A DNA stretch of 63,609 bases, counting the filler, from Globobulimina sp. (taxonomy: Eukaryota), in NCBI GenBank assembly GCA_003354225.1. It is 10 parts of 10 records of this genome, joined end to end, with 100 filler letters (N's around TTAATTAATTAA, not from the genome) between each part and the next. Parts side by side here need not be neighbours in the genome. Positions count along the whole stretch, not along the records: positions 1 to 6,291 come from PIVH01000320.1; positions 6,392 to 12,675 come from PIVH01000321.1; positions 12,776 to 19,056 come from PIVH01000322.1; 7 more parts are not named here. One strand, 5' to 3'. A model generated the notes under the pieces. It was given only the letters and a program-made list of their open reading frames with translations, made no database searches and was not told the DNA's origin. Of the stretch, positions 1-13,032 are shown in pieces. Numbering within the stretch: position 1 is the first letter of the stretch; each line of letters starts with the position of its first letter. The position numbers and the translations under genes were made by a program.

Positions 1-174
1 CATACCAAATACGGAGTATCTATATTTTGAATTGTATCTATTCGTTTTCTTAATTTTTGTCTACAATAAATGTATATTTTGAATTGTTATTTGCAGAACG
101 TGTATACCAACTAAATCGTATTTTATTTTAGTGCTTAGTAAGGATACATATTTACAAAAAACAACAGGGTAAAT

Positions 175-2087
175 TTATAAAAATAATAATTGTTGAAGCT
201 TTTGAAAATCAGCGGTTTGCGCAAAACGTCTGAAAGAGTCAGTCATCAATAGCATCATTTGTTCGATTAATGGGTCAAATAGCAATAATAAGCTATGTAT
301 ATTATATGCATCGCTATGATTTACCCATTCCCCATAATCCGCCATCAACCGTTTATATTGTGTCCTTGTTTCATGTGGCACATTGATCTCAAAGTCGGCC
401 TGAACTTGAATGTATTTAGTATATAGAACCCATGCTTTGATCTTACAGTTCTTGAGTCTGCTTTTTCCCCTCGCATCGCCATACACTATCGACGATTTCG
501 GCAAATGTTTGGGGAGCACAATGACATTGCACCATAACTTGGTGTCTTTATTATATTTATTCCCCTGTATATCCTGTATTTGATCATGATTTCTTTCATC
601 ACTTAAATTAATTATCGATAATACAAGTTTTTGAAATTCGATAAATTCAATCAAAGACAATAGACATTCTAACGTTAACACAGCAAATCCCATTTTACAA
701 TGTCGAATTGCATGTCGATTGACTCGATTTCAATAAATACAGACATTGTAAAATGAGCTGGAACTGATACCTAAAGAGAATTCCCTCGAAAGATGGACCA
801 TTAACAATTCAAATGATTTAATATGCGACAAAACCTGATATAATGTAATTGTACATTGCAATTGTTCTGGTTGTTCCTCGTCCTCTTTCTCTTTCTGTGA
901 CTGTGATAACAAACTTATTTTAGATTGATCTCTTTCTCTGTTTGAAGGCGAATCGTTTGAATACACAGAATTTGATATATTCCGTATGGAAACAGTTGGT
1001 TTTATGTGAATCAATTCTAAGCCAGGATCGTTTAATAATGATTGCGTCATAGATTTGGACTGCGTAGCGGTTATCACATCCGACAAATAGGATTTGCCCA
1101 CTTTTCGATAACCGTCGGACTGGATCACTGTTTCCATTTTCTTATTGACCCAATAAGTTGCAATCATTAAACAGCAAAACTGACAAAAAATAACAATATT
1201 ATTTTCAAGCGATAATATTAAGACAAGTATGTTGTTCGAAGGCGATGCAAATGACAAATAGGTGAATGTCGCTGCGTAGGCGGTGTACATTATACTTAAT
1301 AAAATGAATATATATCGCAATTCTTGTTGGATGAAATAGTTATCGTCGAATCGAGGTGTTTTTACGTAGGTTATTATCAAGAACACCATTGGCGAGAAAT
1401 ATGGCAGTAAGCATATCAAACCCATATAAAACCACATTTGTGGGTTATCCTTCCACGCTGGAACTGCCACATAAAACTAAATGTAAATATCAAATATATA
1501 CATTTATGAAAGACTCAACTCATCGCAGCAGAGAATAGCGCACCAAATGTGAGTATGCAGCATGTGACTGCAATAATAAATATTCGATTTCGTATCCATT
1601 TATAGTTGCCAAATGTTGATTTATTTTCTAAATACCATTTTATTGACACTCGTAATTGTGATTCTTCAAATTCTGGGTCGATGTAGATTCTCCATTGGTT
1701 ATTTACAATGGTTGCAGTCAACACAATGTCATAGTGACACAGCCATTGTCTCCAAACCCAACAATACAAAACAAGATAAGCTAAAATAATATTCCCTAAT
1801 AAGATTAATTGATGCAACCAAGAATTTGGTTGCGTGTAATATGTCGATAAGTGCTCGACTGGAACCCAGAGGATTTTAATTGTCATGAAAATGATCTCAT
1901 AAATTGTGATCATTGAATATCGTTTACTGAAAATAATGTGAGTGTGATGAAGGTAGAATTTGTATCCATGGTATATTGCTAACGGTGTGTACACGAAAAA
2001 ACATATGAATGAAGAGACGATAATTGAGATTGCTGTGGGATCGATAAGCGTATCTCCGTCAAACTCAATCAAGCCGTTTGCAGGCAT
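175..2087 (-). CDS. 7TM-RGS protein (seven TM helices plus C-terminal RGS domain), 3 exons
   Basis: Three ORFs join through GT-AG introns 1464-1519 and 669-770. Seven hydrophobic segments precede an RGS signature (HLSREFSLECLL..., KYIQVQADFEINV, DSFRRF). Confidence 0.85.
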
Positions 2088-2156
2088 GGCTTAGAGTGAA
2101 TAGTGTTTTTTTTTGAGGATTTAGATCAAAGCGTAGAAACGTTTGGTAATTTAAGC

Positions 2157-3487
2157 ATGTCGCAACCACAAAAACAGCAACGCAACAGCCCATCCGTCAT
2201 TTATCAAAACGGGAGTAACCCGCACACCAATCCTGCACCGCAACCAAACTACGAGCAAATCAAAGCAGATATTGTACGCTTACGCGACGCCATCGATAAT
2301 TTGAAAGAACGCGAGAACAAAACCATACTATTAAAAGAGTCCAAAGCATCCAACAAAGTCTCAGCATTAACAGACTTGGAATTTGACATAATCAAAAAAT
2401 TCAAAGGCCATCACGGCAAAATATACGATTCCGACTGGTCCTCCGACTGTCGTTTGTTACTCAGTGGCTCGCAAGATGGACACTTGATGGTTTGGGATAG
2501 CATCACAACAATGAAGAAGTGCACATATCAGTTACAGTCCTCTGCCACGTGGGTCATGGCCTGCTCCTTCTCGCCGCAAACCAAATATATTGCCTGTGGC
2601 GGACTGGACAATATATGCTCCATTTATAAGTACCACGATATGAACATAAACAACGGCAACGGGAATGATGTCGATCTGAAAGAGAATGAGAAGCGCAGAA
2701 GCAGCAGATTTGGGCGTGCGAGTAAGCGAATGTCCAAAGCAGAGTTACAAAACAAACACCAAGCAATCATCAAAGATGGACCCTATAAAACCTTGCATCA
2801 TCACGAAGGCTATTTATCGTCGTTGCAATTCCTAAACGATGAGAAAATAATCACTGCCTCGGGCGACAGTACCTGCATATTATGGGATGTGATTAAGAAA
2901 GTGCCAGAGTCTGTTTTTTTAGATCATGCCGGCGATGTTACGACGGTACGTATGTTTGTTACTATTTTGTGCCTGTTGCTGTCAATCAAATTGAATATTT
3001 ATTTGATTTGCAGGTTGCTATCAATCAGAGTAATAAACAAATATTTATCTCCGGCAGTGTCGATGCCACCATCAAGCTATGGGACATTCGCTTATCTAAA
3101 TGTGTGGGCGAGTTTGCTGGGCATGATGCAGACGCGGATGTGAATGATGTATGTTGGTATCCGGATAGCTTTGCCTTTGCCTCTGGCTCTGATGATGCCT
3201 CATTGCGTATGTTTGATATAAGAGCTTATAAGCAGTTAAATGAGTACTATAAAGATCATATTTCTGTAGCAACAGTGACAAGTGTCTCATTTAGCACTTC
3301 TGGCAGGATTTTATTTGCTGGCTATGATGACGAACCATTTGGGATTGGATGGGATGTTGCCTATTCACAGCCCGTTGCTAAGCTGTTTCACAATCAATCC
3401 GTTTCTTCGTTGCAAGTCGCTCCGAATGGCTGTGCCATTCTTACTTCTTCGTGGGACAAAATGCTACGATTATGGGTGGGGAAATGA
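2157..3487 (+). CDS. Heterotrimeric G-protein beta subunit-like WD40 protein, 2 exons
   Basis: N-terminal coiled coil, then G-beta motifs GHHGKIY, LLSGSQDGHLMVWD, WVMACSFSP, ACGGLDNICSIY, ASGDSTCILWD, FASGSDDASLRMFD, TSSWDKMLRLW. Intron 2946-3013. Confidence 0.9.
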
Positions 3488-3642
3488 ATGAAATTAAAAC
3501 ATATAAAACATATAAAACATACATAAAAACAAGGAATATATTTTTATTTTTTTTTGCAAATTTGTTATCGATTTTTTGTGTTGAATTTTGGAATAAATTT
3601 TAATTGTTTTTAATCATTATATAATGTGATTGTGTCCAATAA

Positions 3643-4881
3643 TTACTCGTTTTCGTGCTCTCGCAATTGTTCTTCATCGCGAACTTCAATTTTCTTAGTA
3701 CTGGTTCGTGGTTTGTTGCTCTCTTTGGATTTTGCAGAATGTCGTTTTTGATGTTCCCGTTGTTCCTGTTTTTGTTGTTCTTTTTGTTTCTGAATAAGTT
3801 CCAATCTACTTCTATGCTTTGCGAGTTCATCCAAGTCTGCCCATTGGATGGCTCTTCGTAAAGGAACTCTGTTTCTCGAATTATATCCTTGGACTCCAAT
3901 TCTCCAAAACATTTCAATAAATGGTCTCCAGCATTTCAATTCAATGCAACGTGTTGGCTTCGGTCTATTTCTTCGCATCGTAAAAAAGCATGAAATGAAC
4001 CAGAATTCCAATAAAAAAGGTAATATACGTTGATAAAATGTTAAATTATACTCACTATCCGTAATTACACAAAGCATAATAATTATGCTTATCGAGTATT
4101 TTATGGTACAATAAAAGAATCGAAATAAAGGTCTAACGAAGCCATCCAAAAATCCACTGTTTATTTCAACTCACAGTTAGGTTTCGGCTGTTTTCTTAAA
4201 TTGAATACAAAACGTAACTATATTCCGGCACAAACTGATGAATCTTTTTTAAATACAAATATGTATGAAATATTGAAATAGATAGCTTCCAATAACAATG
4301 AGATAATCAAATATATCGCAATGTGTATGGCTAAGAACACATTGTGATGATAAGCAATGACAAAGTCTCCATATGACGTCGATAAAACAATGAGTATGAG
4401 ATTTGAGAAAAGTAACAAAATGCCTACAATAGCAATAATGTTTCCTTTTGGGTTTTTCCTTTCTTGATATTTAATCATCAAAAAAACCGCAGCAGAGACC
4501 ACAGAAACAAACCAATCAACAATGAATAAGAGTGTCCAACAAAATGAAGTTACGAATAATTGCAATTTAGGGTATTTTTGTGGCGTAACTAACATTGAGG
4601 TATACCCAATCAATGAACAGGAAATATAAATTGATGAAAATCTGACATGTGTCCAACTTGGAAAATATCTCGCTTCCACCCATAATGGTTTGTCTTTCTC
4701 CATTTGCCATCTTTTCCAAAGGTCAAATATATACATCGCAGTTGTTATCACTTTATATATATAGGTATGCGCAGTGTGCACAGTAACAATAATCACGTTG
4801 AAATACAGATTTATAAACATTACCAAAATATTGAGCTGTGAAACAGATAAAAAATATCTGGTCAATTGCGAACGGCCACAT
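3643..4881 (-). CDS. Seven-TM (GPCR-like) membrane protein with charged cytoplasmic tail, 3 exons
   Basis: Starts MWPFAIDQIFF at 4881. Introns 4751-4823 and 4157-4218 join the 4218-4865 and 3643-4149 ORFs. About 7 hydrophobic helices, then a K/Q/E-rich tail. Confidence 0.6.
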
Positions 4882-5009
4882 GGTGTATGACTAGGCGATC
4901 AACAAAGAAACAATAAAAAGTCAGTTTGCTGCCATGCTCTGCTTGTGTTAGATAAACCTGGAGCCAGTTTTCTGTCAACAATCCGATTATCAGAGTTTTT
5001 TTAAAACTC

Positions 5010-6291
5010 ATGCTTCCGTTATTGGATCCTTTTGGCAGCACAAGTGCCACATCAATTGGTGATGGGGCAATATTTCTAACTGACACAATGGATGAGGAGC
5101 AATTAGAAGAAATAAAAACATTTTTAATTGAACACAAATCATCATGGCATTATATTATGGCATCATCGGAAACCAATTTAAATTTTGTCAGTAATTGTTT
5201 AATGGGAAAAGATAAACCATTCTCATTACATTTAAATTTTCCAACAGAAAATATTAATAATATAAATCGTATAAATCGTTTAAAATGTTTAATAAATGTA
5301 CGTTTACAATCTATCCAACTCGATTTATCACCAAATAATCCACTATGGATCAGTGCATTCACTCACTTAAAGTCTAACGATTTATTAAAAAATACATTAG
5401 AAATGTTACAGTTACCAAGGTATTTATTTACAAGCGAAATAATCCAAAACCAAACAACATGTGATGTGTTGGTAAAACTTATGAATAATAATGATAATAA
5501 TGACAAGAAACAGAGATTGTTATCATTGACAAACATATGCATTGAAATGGACGATCAATTATTGCCAAATGAGCAACAGTACGCAAATGATTTTGTATTT
5601 ATTAACAGCGTTGATTTCAAACATCCCATTTATGAGAGTTTAAATGTTTATTGTATTGACAGACTAAAAGTACTGCAATGTCCATTTGATATATTTATGG
5701 TAATAATTTATGGATTATTCTGTAATCAGTTTCCGTTTTTAAGAAACAGAGCAAAACAGAATAACAAATATCAAAACAATGATTCGTTTAAAAATGATGA
5801 ATTATTTCTGGTTCAAACGCTTATATTTCCATTAAATATTCAACAATTAACTATTTATCCACCAGTGATGAAAAAGGAAATGTTACTCTTTGTACATTCG
5901 TTGCAATATACAAATTCACCGCAATTAACTTCGTTACAATTTGAAAATTGGAGTGTTGGCCAAATTGCATCGTTTTGTAAAGCTATTCAACGTTTGACAT
6001 ATATTCAGTATGCGGACAATTTAAAAAAGAAAAGTAAACATAGAATGAATCGATCATATTCTGCAACAAAAACACATTCAAATAAGTCAACGCAGCGCAG
6101 ACATAAACGATCGAAATCCCATCGTCATAAAACAATGAATATTGATCAAATTATCGCTGATGTCCAAGGCGTAGATTTTAGATTGGAAATCTTAAAAAAA
6201 CAATCATTTCTTCACCAGATACATCGCTTGAAACTTAGTATCTCGTATTCGTCCTTTATCGCGTCGATGTGGGAAATCCGAGAGGAAGATA
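5010..6291 (+). CDS. Hypothetical protein, 3' truncated at contig end
   Basis: More than 420 codons open; Leu-rich, no motif confidently recognised. Confidence 0.55.
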
Positions 6292-6391
6292 NNNNNNNNN
6301 NNNNNNNNNNNNNNNNNNNNNNNNNNNNNNNNNNNTTAATTAATTAANNNNNNNNNNNNNNNNNNNNNNNNNNNNNNNNNNNNNNNNNNNN
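6292..6391. other. Artificial contig linker (N44-TTAATTAATTAA-N44)
   Basis: Six-frame-stop spacer flanked by N runs; recurs identically nine times. Confidence 0.99.
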
Positions 6392-6612
6392 ATATTAAAT
6401 GCATTTTGGATGCCAATCCCACTTCTTACAGATATATTTAATGCATTTCCGATGCCAATCCCACTTCTTACAGATATATTTAATGCATTTTGGATGTCAA
6501 TCCCACTTCTTACAGATATATTAAATGCATTTCCGATGCCAATCCCACTTCTTACAGATATATGTAATGCATTTCCGATGCCAATCCCACTTCTTACAGA
6601 TATATTAAATGC
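6392..6612. repeat. 42-bp tandem repeat, ~5.3 copies, at contig start
   Basis: Unit ATATTAAATGCATTT(TG/CC)GATGCCAATCCCACTTCTTACAGAT repeated head-to-tail with no spacers. Confidence 0.95.
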
Positions 6613-6888
6613 TGTAAAAGTTTTATGTTTTTTGTTTGTGTTTTATGTTTCTATTTTACTGTCACAGTGTCACTAGTAGTGGTAAAAGTGTTTTTCGTTT
6701 CTATTTTACTGGAGTGGAGTAATTCCACTTTTACTGGACTTTTTTGACAAAGTATGGAACAACAAAAACAAACGTTCTCTACAATTACAGTCAGCGTAAA
6801 GGCTATACAAAGCAGAAAGACACCCTCTCACAAAAAGATCGAATACTGACAATTCTATGTTATATTGATTATATTTTTCATCTTTTGC

Positions 6889-9855
6889 TCATTGCTGAGC
6901 TTTTAATTGTAATGCATGCTTTCTTTGATACACATTATCATATATCCCTTGATAATAATCATCCAAAATATCCTCATCATTTTGCATAGCTTGCGACTCA
7001 CTGTATTCATTTACAACATTTACTTTTACTTTAAATCTCATTGTATCTAAATTGCCTTTCACACAAATTGATGTTTTAAACATATTATGGCATTTTTCAA
7101 CCACTGGAAATTGCATATTTTTGCCATTCGATTCGTAATATTTTTGTGCATCGTCATAAATCTTTTTTATTTCATTCCAATCATTGTCTTTGTTCCAATC
7201 CAATCGCAACATATCATTTATTTCAGTCATTGCCGATGCACTCTTCATATGTAACAAAACATTTTTTTTATGCCCATCAAAATGTAAACATATTTGAGAA
7301 AATAATCCACTTAAAATATCAGAACATTTTGTTTTTTTATCATCGTCAAATGCATTCCAATCATAATTAAAATTAATTGTATTTATATAACGTTGAGATC
7401 CATCAAAATCAAATATATCCCATTTATCATACTCATATTGAACCTCTTTATTATTATCAGAAACTGCTGAAATATCATCAAAATTATGCCAACCCATTCG
7501 GTCCGCTTTCCACAGCGAATAATCAAACATATCCACAAAGTCACTCACTTTTTGTTGCAATATAATTAATTTTATACATAATTATTGATTTATTAATACT
7601 TAACTTTCATAAACATCCTCTCCTTCATCATCACCATAAATCTCATCCATATAATCATCATAAACGTCATCATAATATTTATCAACTAATCGTCGCCCAT
7701 TAAAACCATAATCTTGATAATATTTCAATTTTCTCTGTGCCCCAACACGTACAGTTAACTGCAAATGATGTTTCCTATCATATTTCGTGCAAATCTCCAC
7801 ACCTTTCATTGCCGCACATTTTTCTATCAATGCATCGCCATTAAACCCACCCAAGTCGCCACTGCCCGGTGTTTGTAATATATTATCTCTCTCAGACTGA
7901 ATATGTGCACTTCCATGACTTCCATGCCCCGGTTGTTTATGGTGAATATGAATGTGTGTTATCGCAGGCATCATACCGCCCATTCCTGTCATTCCTGTAC
8001 ATAGCAAACAAAAATGACAAATACATCCTGCACAAATATATCATACCGCCCATTCCCATTCGAGGCATCATTCCCATTGCCATTCCTGTGCAATTCATAC
8101 AACATATCATTGGCAAAAAAGATATATAAAACAGCACATAAATACACAAACAAACCCCCCATCATTCCATGGCCGCGCCGAGGACCGTAATTCCTATACC
8201 AATCCTTATAATACTTCTCATATTTCTTCATATATTGTTTATACTGCGACTGATACGAACCATCGCCTCCTCTCTTTTTCCTATGTTTCCTCTTTTTCCG
8301 CCGCTTTTTCCGCCGCTTTTTCCTCCTCAATGCATGTACCAATGCAAGCATATCCTTTGTAGCAGAGCCGCCATGTCCATGTTTCTTTCGCTTCATTGAA
8401 TCAATAACTTTATCAATATTTGCATCTTCGTGGTGCATAAGTTTCGCCATATCATCAAAATCGTGTTTATTTTGGTCCAGCCAATGCTGTGTGTCATGCC
8501 TTGATTGTCGCTTCCAATGTTCTTCCCGATGTGCTCTACCCTGCCCTCCTAAATAGCGTATTATCTCTCGTCTGCCACCACCAGTACCATGGCCTTTACT
8601 TGCTATCGAATGCAATAACAAACGGACTAACGTCTGCATCAAACCTGGCAAGATATCCGTGCCGTGTCCACTCGCCACCTGTTGTTCCCATGTCGATACT
8701 AACTGTGGATGTTCGCGTAATGTCCTCAATAGCTGCGGGTTATGAGTTAATTGTTCCCGCATCGGTTCTGGTAACCGGTTAATAAATCCATTGTCAACTA
8801 TTATGCAATAAAAATGTCTCAAACTGTGTCAAGCAGTCGACATTGGAGCTTGCAAAGCCATGGTTAAAATACATTTTCACTAAAAACATCACAGCTTGGA
8901 AATTAAACCATGACAGCTTGAAAGTTTGATACATTTTACCCATACCTCGTTGCGTACCGCCATGTGGAGCTGGTCCACCAGGCGCAATACCATGGCCATA
9001 CCCACCGTGACTCGGAAACCTACCGCCTTGACCTGGAAACATCCCATGTTGTCCCATTTGATTCCAACCTAAGTGGCAACGTTCAAGTTAACAACGATTG
9101 AATTGAACAAAAGTCACAATCATACCATGTTGTTGTCCATGGCCAGGAATCTGACCGTAGGCATACTGTTGTCTTCCACCATGTTGTTGTTGTAGTTGTT
9201 CATAACGAAATTGTTGTGGATGTTGCATTTGTTGCATGCCTTGCTGTGCATTGCCAAAACTGCCGAAAAAATTGTCATTCGCATCACCGCTTAATGTGTC
9301 TGCCATTTCTTGTGTAAATGGGTCATCATCGGGAGAATAATAATTATTTCGCATATATTGCTGTGCTGCATCGGTATGAGATATTTTATGAGTAATCGTG
9401 TTCCAATCCGCGTCATTATGCCAATCTAATTCGATATTATCATATTGTGAGTGCGCCGCAGATGTTTCTTGTGGGTTTGGTAATGATTTGAATTTTATTT
9501 TAAATGCTCCATTTGGTTTATTATGGACACAAACGCGTTTTTGTATGGATGCGATGGTAAATGTGCAGGCTTCGATTTGTTGGAATTGGTCGTGATTTAA
9601 AATATTTATTTTGTCCCAATCTGCTTCTTTGGACCAATCGAAATTATAATCGTCGAAATATAATGTATATTCGGATAGGGATGATTGGGAATTTATATTT
9701 TCTGTGGATTCATCGTAATAACCCTTGTAATAATCAGTGTAGTAATTGTTGTATAATTCATTAAAAAAATCTAGACTTTGATGTGAATTTAATGTATTAT
9801 ATGCATATACATTTGACGCAATTAGTAAAAATATCTGATGATAGTAATGAAACAT
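6889..9855 (-). CDS. Large secreted multi-exon protein with repeated DW..D.DW/C-x-IC modules and Q/G/H/K/M/D-Y low-complexity blocks
   Basis: Signal-peptide-like MFHYYHQIFLLIASNVYA. Phase-1 GT-AG introns link ORFs 9088-10005, 8794-9057, 7989-8822, a 39-nt micro-exon (~8047-8085), 7600-8007 and 6889-7560. Confidence 0.7.
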
Positions 9856-10388
9856 TTGGAGTGTTTCTTTTCTTTGATATGAAGGAATAGATAGGTTTAC
9901 AATATACGCATTATCTGATAAATAATGACTTAGTCTTTCTTTCCAATCGACACCATGCACAATCACTGAACACACTAAGATTTTCGACGGAAACTGTTGG
10001 TGCATTTATCCCAAAATTATGTAGCCAATCCGTAGTTAAACTTTGTGTATACCAAAACTAAGTGGACACAAAAGGAAAATAATTAATTTGGTTCATAATA
10101 ACTTCATATTCGGTATACACAAGCTATACATATGTACGTTTTGTACATGTTTTTAGTATTCCTGTATTTAAAATTTCTGTTTTTGCGGAGATAGTTAGAG
10201 GTTAAATTTAAAAAAAAAATTTAAAAAAAAGTGAGAAGATAATACAATATTTACTGAGCAATACATACTACACATTTAGATACATAAAATAAAGCACAAA
10301 ACACAATTTTAAGATATTAACAATAAATAAATCCATTTAATGAAACATTTTGTTATTATAAATAATATAAATAATATAAATACAGACG

Positions 10389-10865
10389 TCAATAACCAAT
10401 GGTTATCAGAGGCGTAATTTTCTCAAATTCCTCTTTGATGTAAACAGCAACCGCTTGAAATTCGTGGTAAGATATTATTCCATCACCGTCTTTATCGAAT
10501 TGCGTAGCTAATGTCGACGCATTTTTTTTGGCCATTTTTTTTATTTCTTGCATTTTTTGTGGCGGTGTTAATGTTTTTGCGTTCATTAACTTTTGAAATT
10601 TACAAATATCGACATCAAAAACGGAATCTTTGATATGGTCAAATATCTGATATGCTGTGATTAATAACTGCTCAAATTCGCAATATTCCATTCCGGCATG
10701 CTCTTTTTCATTAATTTTGTATGTATTCCACAATGAGCGAACGTTACCATTATTTCGCAGGTATCCAAATAATATGCATGCTGGCTCAAATACACTTGTC
10801 TCTGTATTCAAGTCAATTATTTGCTTCCATTGTGCAGATCCAGTGTCACATATACAGCCACCCAT
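10389..10865 (-). CDS. EF-hand calcium-binding protein with N-terminal acylation motif
   Basis: MGGCIC N-terminus; canonical EF loop DKDGDGIISYHEF. Confidence 0.8.
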   Translation of the reverse strand: MGGCICDTGSAQWKQIIDLNTETSVFEPACILFGYLRNNGNVRSLWNTYKINEKEHAGMEYCEFEQLLITAYQIFDHIKDSVFDVDICKFQKLMNAKTLTPPQKMQEIKKMAKKNASTLATQFDKDGDGIISYHEFQAVAVYIKEEFEKITPLITIGY

Positions 10866-11825
10866 ATTTTAAATATTATTAATAAATTATTTTAGCTAAA
10901 GAAGTGATTATTTGACAATTAGTACAATATATATCTGACACTGTATCTGACAGTATGTTGCTATGATCGACCTAAGTTGGAAAATTTTCAAACAAATAAT
11001 GTAATACATTCTGACAATTGCATTATAACATAATTATTTTGAATCAAAAACTAAAGAATTGAATCAATCAATATACGAATCAATAATTTCGGACTGATTC
11101 ATTGCACAAAAAATACTGCCTGCTATTAACGTGAAAATAGAAATTTAAGTTTGTAATTATTGAGTAATTTTTTTTTGCTCAAATTAGTTAGATACAATCA
11201 TTAAACATCGAAATACCATATATAACGCACCTAAAATTTCATTTCCTCTCTGAAAACGAATAATTGTATGCACTGAAACATTGCAATTAATATATTTGCA
11301 ATTGATATATGTACAGCAAATTTTGGGTTTGTGTGGCTCTGCAATTTTAATATACGTGTTTTAATATACGTAAATTATATGTACCTCAATTTTATCTCAC
11401 TCTCAATCAATACGATTAACAAATTATACCATTTTTTTACTGTTTTTGTGACTCTATTGTTTGTTTACAATTTTCAAGTTCATATCGAAACTTCTGAGAT
11501 GTTCACTTAGTTCTTAACAATGAACCACTGTTTATAAACACAAAATAATTAAAAAAAAAAATAAAAAATCCAAAATGTACTACAATTAAAATGACACATT
11601 ATGCCAAGTAGTTATTTAACAAATAAACAAAACAATAAATAGGACGTGCAAAGTACAAGTACAGTGAATAAAAATAAGAAAAAAAAACACAAAATCAACA
11701 ATATATATGTGTATGCAATCAACAATATATATGTCAGGCAAAACAATGTAATACAAATATAAAAAAGAATTGTGTCAACTGTACATGTGAACAAACTCAC
11801 AGTTCAAATCATATCAACACATTAA

Positions 11826-12215
11826 TTAAAGACATATTAACAAAATGGCACAAACCACCATTATAAACATTAGCTTCTTACTTAGTTTTTTTTTCATTTT
11901 TTTGTTGCTATCTTTGTGTTTGTGTTTTTTAATACATTTTTCGGCAAAAGATCTATCCCAATGTGGTACAGTATGAACAACAATTTTTTCATCAAATTGC
12001 ACCATTAAAGGATGACCTTGTTTTAATTTGGCTTTTCGAGCAATTGTAAATGGATTTGTATCTGACCGAAGACAACTATGTTTTATTGCTGTTCCATTAG
12101 AAATTGGTCCATTTTTTTCCGTCTCCAATATTTTGTTCTCATGACACACTTCATTTATTATGACAATTCCATTTAAATTGTATTTTGACGCTTGCTTTTT
12201 TTGAGTGTGTGGCAT
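11826..12215 (-). CDS. Small tail-anchored membrane protein (hypothetical)
   Basis: 129 aa; basic stretch followed by a C-terminal hydrophobic helix LMFIMVVCAILLICL. Confidence 0.55.
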   Translation of the reverse strand: MPHTQKKQASKYNLNGIVIINEVCHENKILETEKNGPISNGTAIKHSCLRSDTNPFTIARKAKLKQGHPLMVQFDEKIVVHTVPHWDRSFAEKCIKKHKHKDSNKKMKKKLSKKLMFIMVVCAILLICL

Positions 12216-12675
12216 TGTGGCAAGGACTGGCTCAATGGAACAAAATGTTTTGGATACTGTTTTTTTTTAAATAACTGAGTGCCAATATTTGCGAAAAACT
12301 GAAATTTCTGGAAACTATCGCTTTTGCTATTTTTTTATAATTAAAAACTAAATTGTTATATTTTTGTATTAATTACTACATATTTACTATACACAAACAC
12401 AACACAGAAAAATGTATATAACATATTATTAATTAAACGTACAACAATATTATATTAAACGTTATGTTAATTAACAAGGTTTTGATTCATATCATTTGTA
12501 AAACAACCTCCTAAATGATACCACCTACCGTTTGACTCAATGTTTCTATCACATCAAAATCATTCACAATTGGTACATTTTTCAAACCTCCCTCACCTCC
12601 TTCCACTTCATCTATTAACTCATCCTTATCCTCCTCACATTCGCCGCCACCTCGTGTTGGAATCAAATGAAGCGG

Positions 12676-12775
12676 NNNNNNNNNNNNNNNNNNNNNNNNN
12701 NNNNNNNNNNNNNNNNNNNTTAATTAATTAANNNNNNNNNNNNNNNNNNNNNNNNNNNNNNNNNNNNNNNNNNNN
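12676..12775. other. Artificial contig linker
   Basis: N44-TTAATTAATTAA-N44. Confidence 0.99.
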
Positions 12776-13032
12776 GCCCCCTCGGCCAAAAACTGTGTTT
12801 TCGGAAACACGTTTCTTGTCTCGAAAAAACAAATTGAATAATATACTAATACTTGTGTTTGTTATTGTTATTGTTCGTTTTTATGAAAAGCACCAAATGT
12901 AGTTTGTTTTTGTTGTATATCGCAAGAATTATTTTTGTACAGCCACCCGTATGACTGTTGATTTATGAATACTGTCATTTGCTTTGTTCAAAAAAATAAG
13001 TTTTCTTTGTAAAAGTTTTTTAATATTCAACC

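Noticed and set aside
1515-1517. Stop-codon readthrough or alternative genetic code (also at 4218, 7600 and 29616)
   Set aside because: Each stop falls within or overlaps a phase-compatible GT-AG intron.
6392-6612. CRISPR array
   Set aside because: Units are contiguous with no unique spacers, no cas genes are present, and the context is eukaryotic.
12511-12675. Acidic minus-strand frame at the contig end
   Set aside because: Only about 54 codons with no recognisable motif; cannot be assigned.
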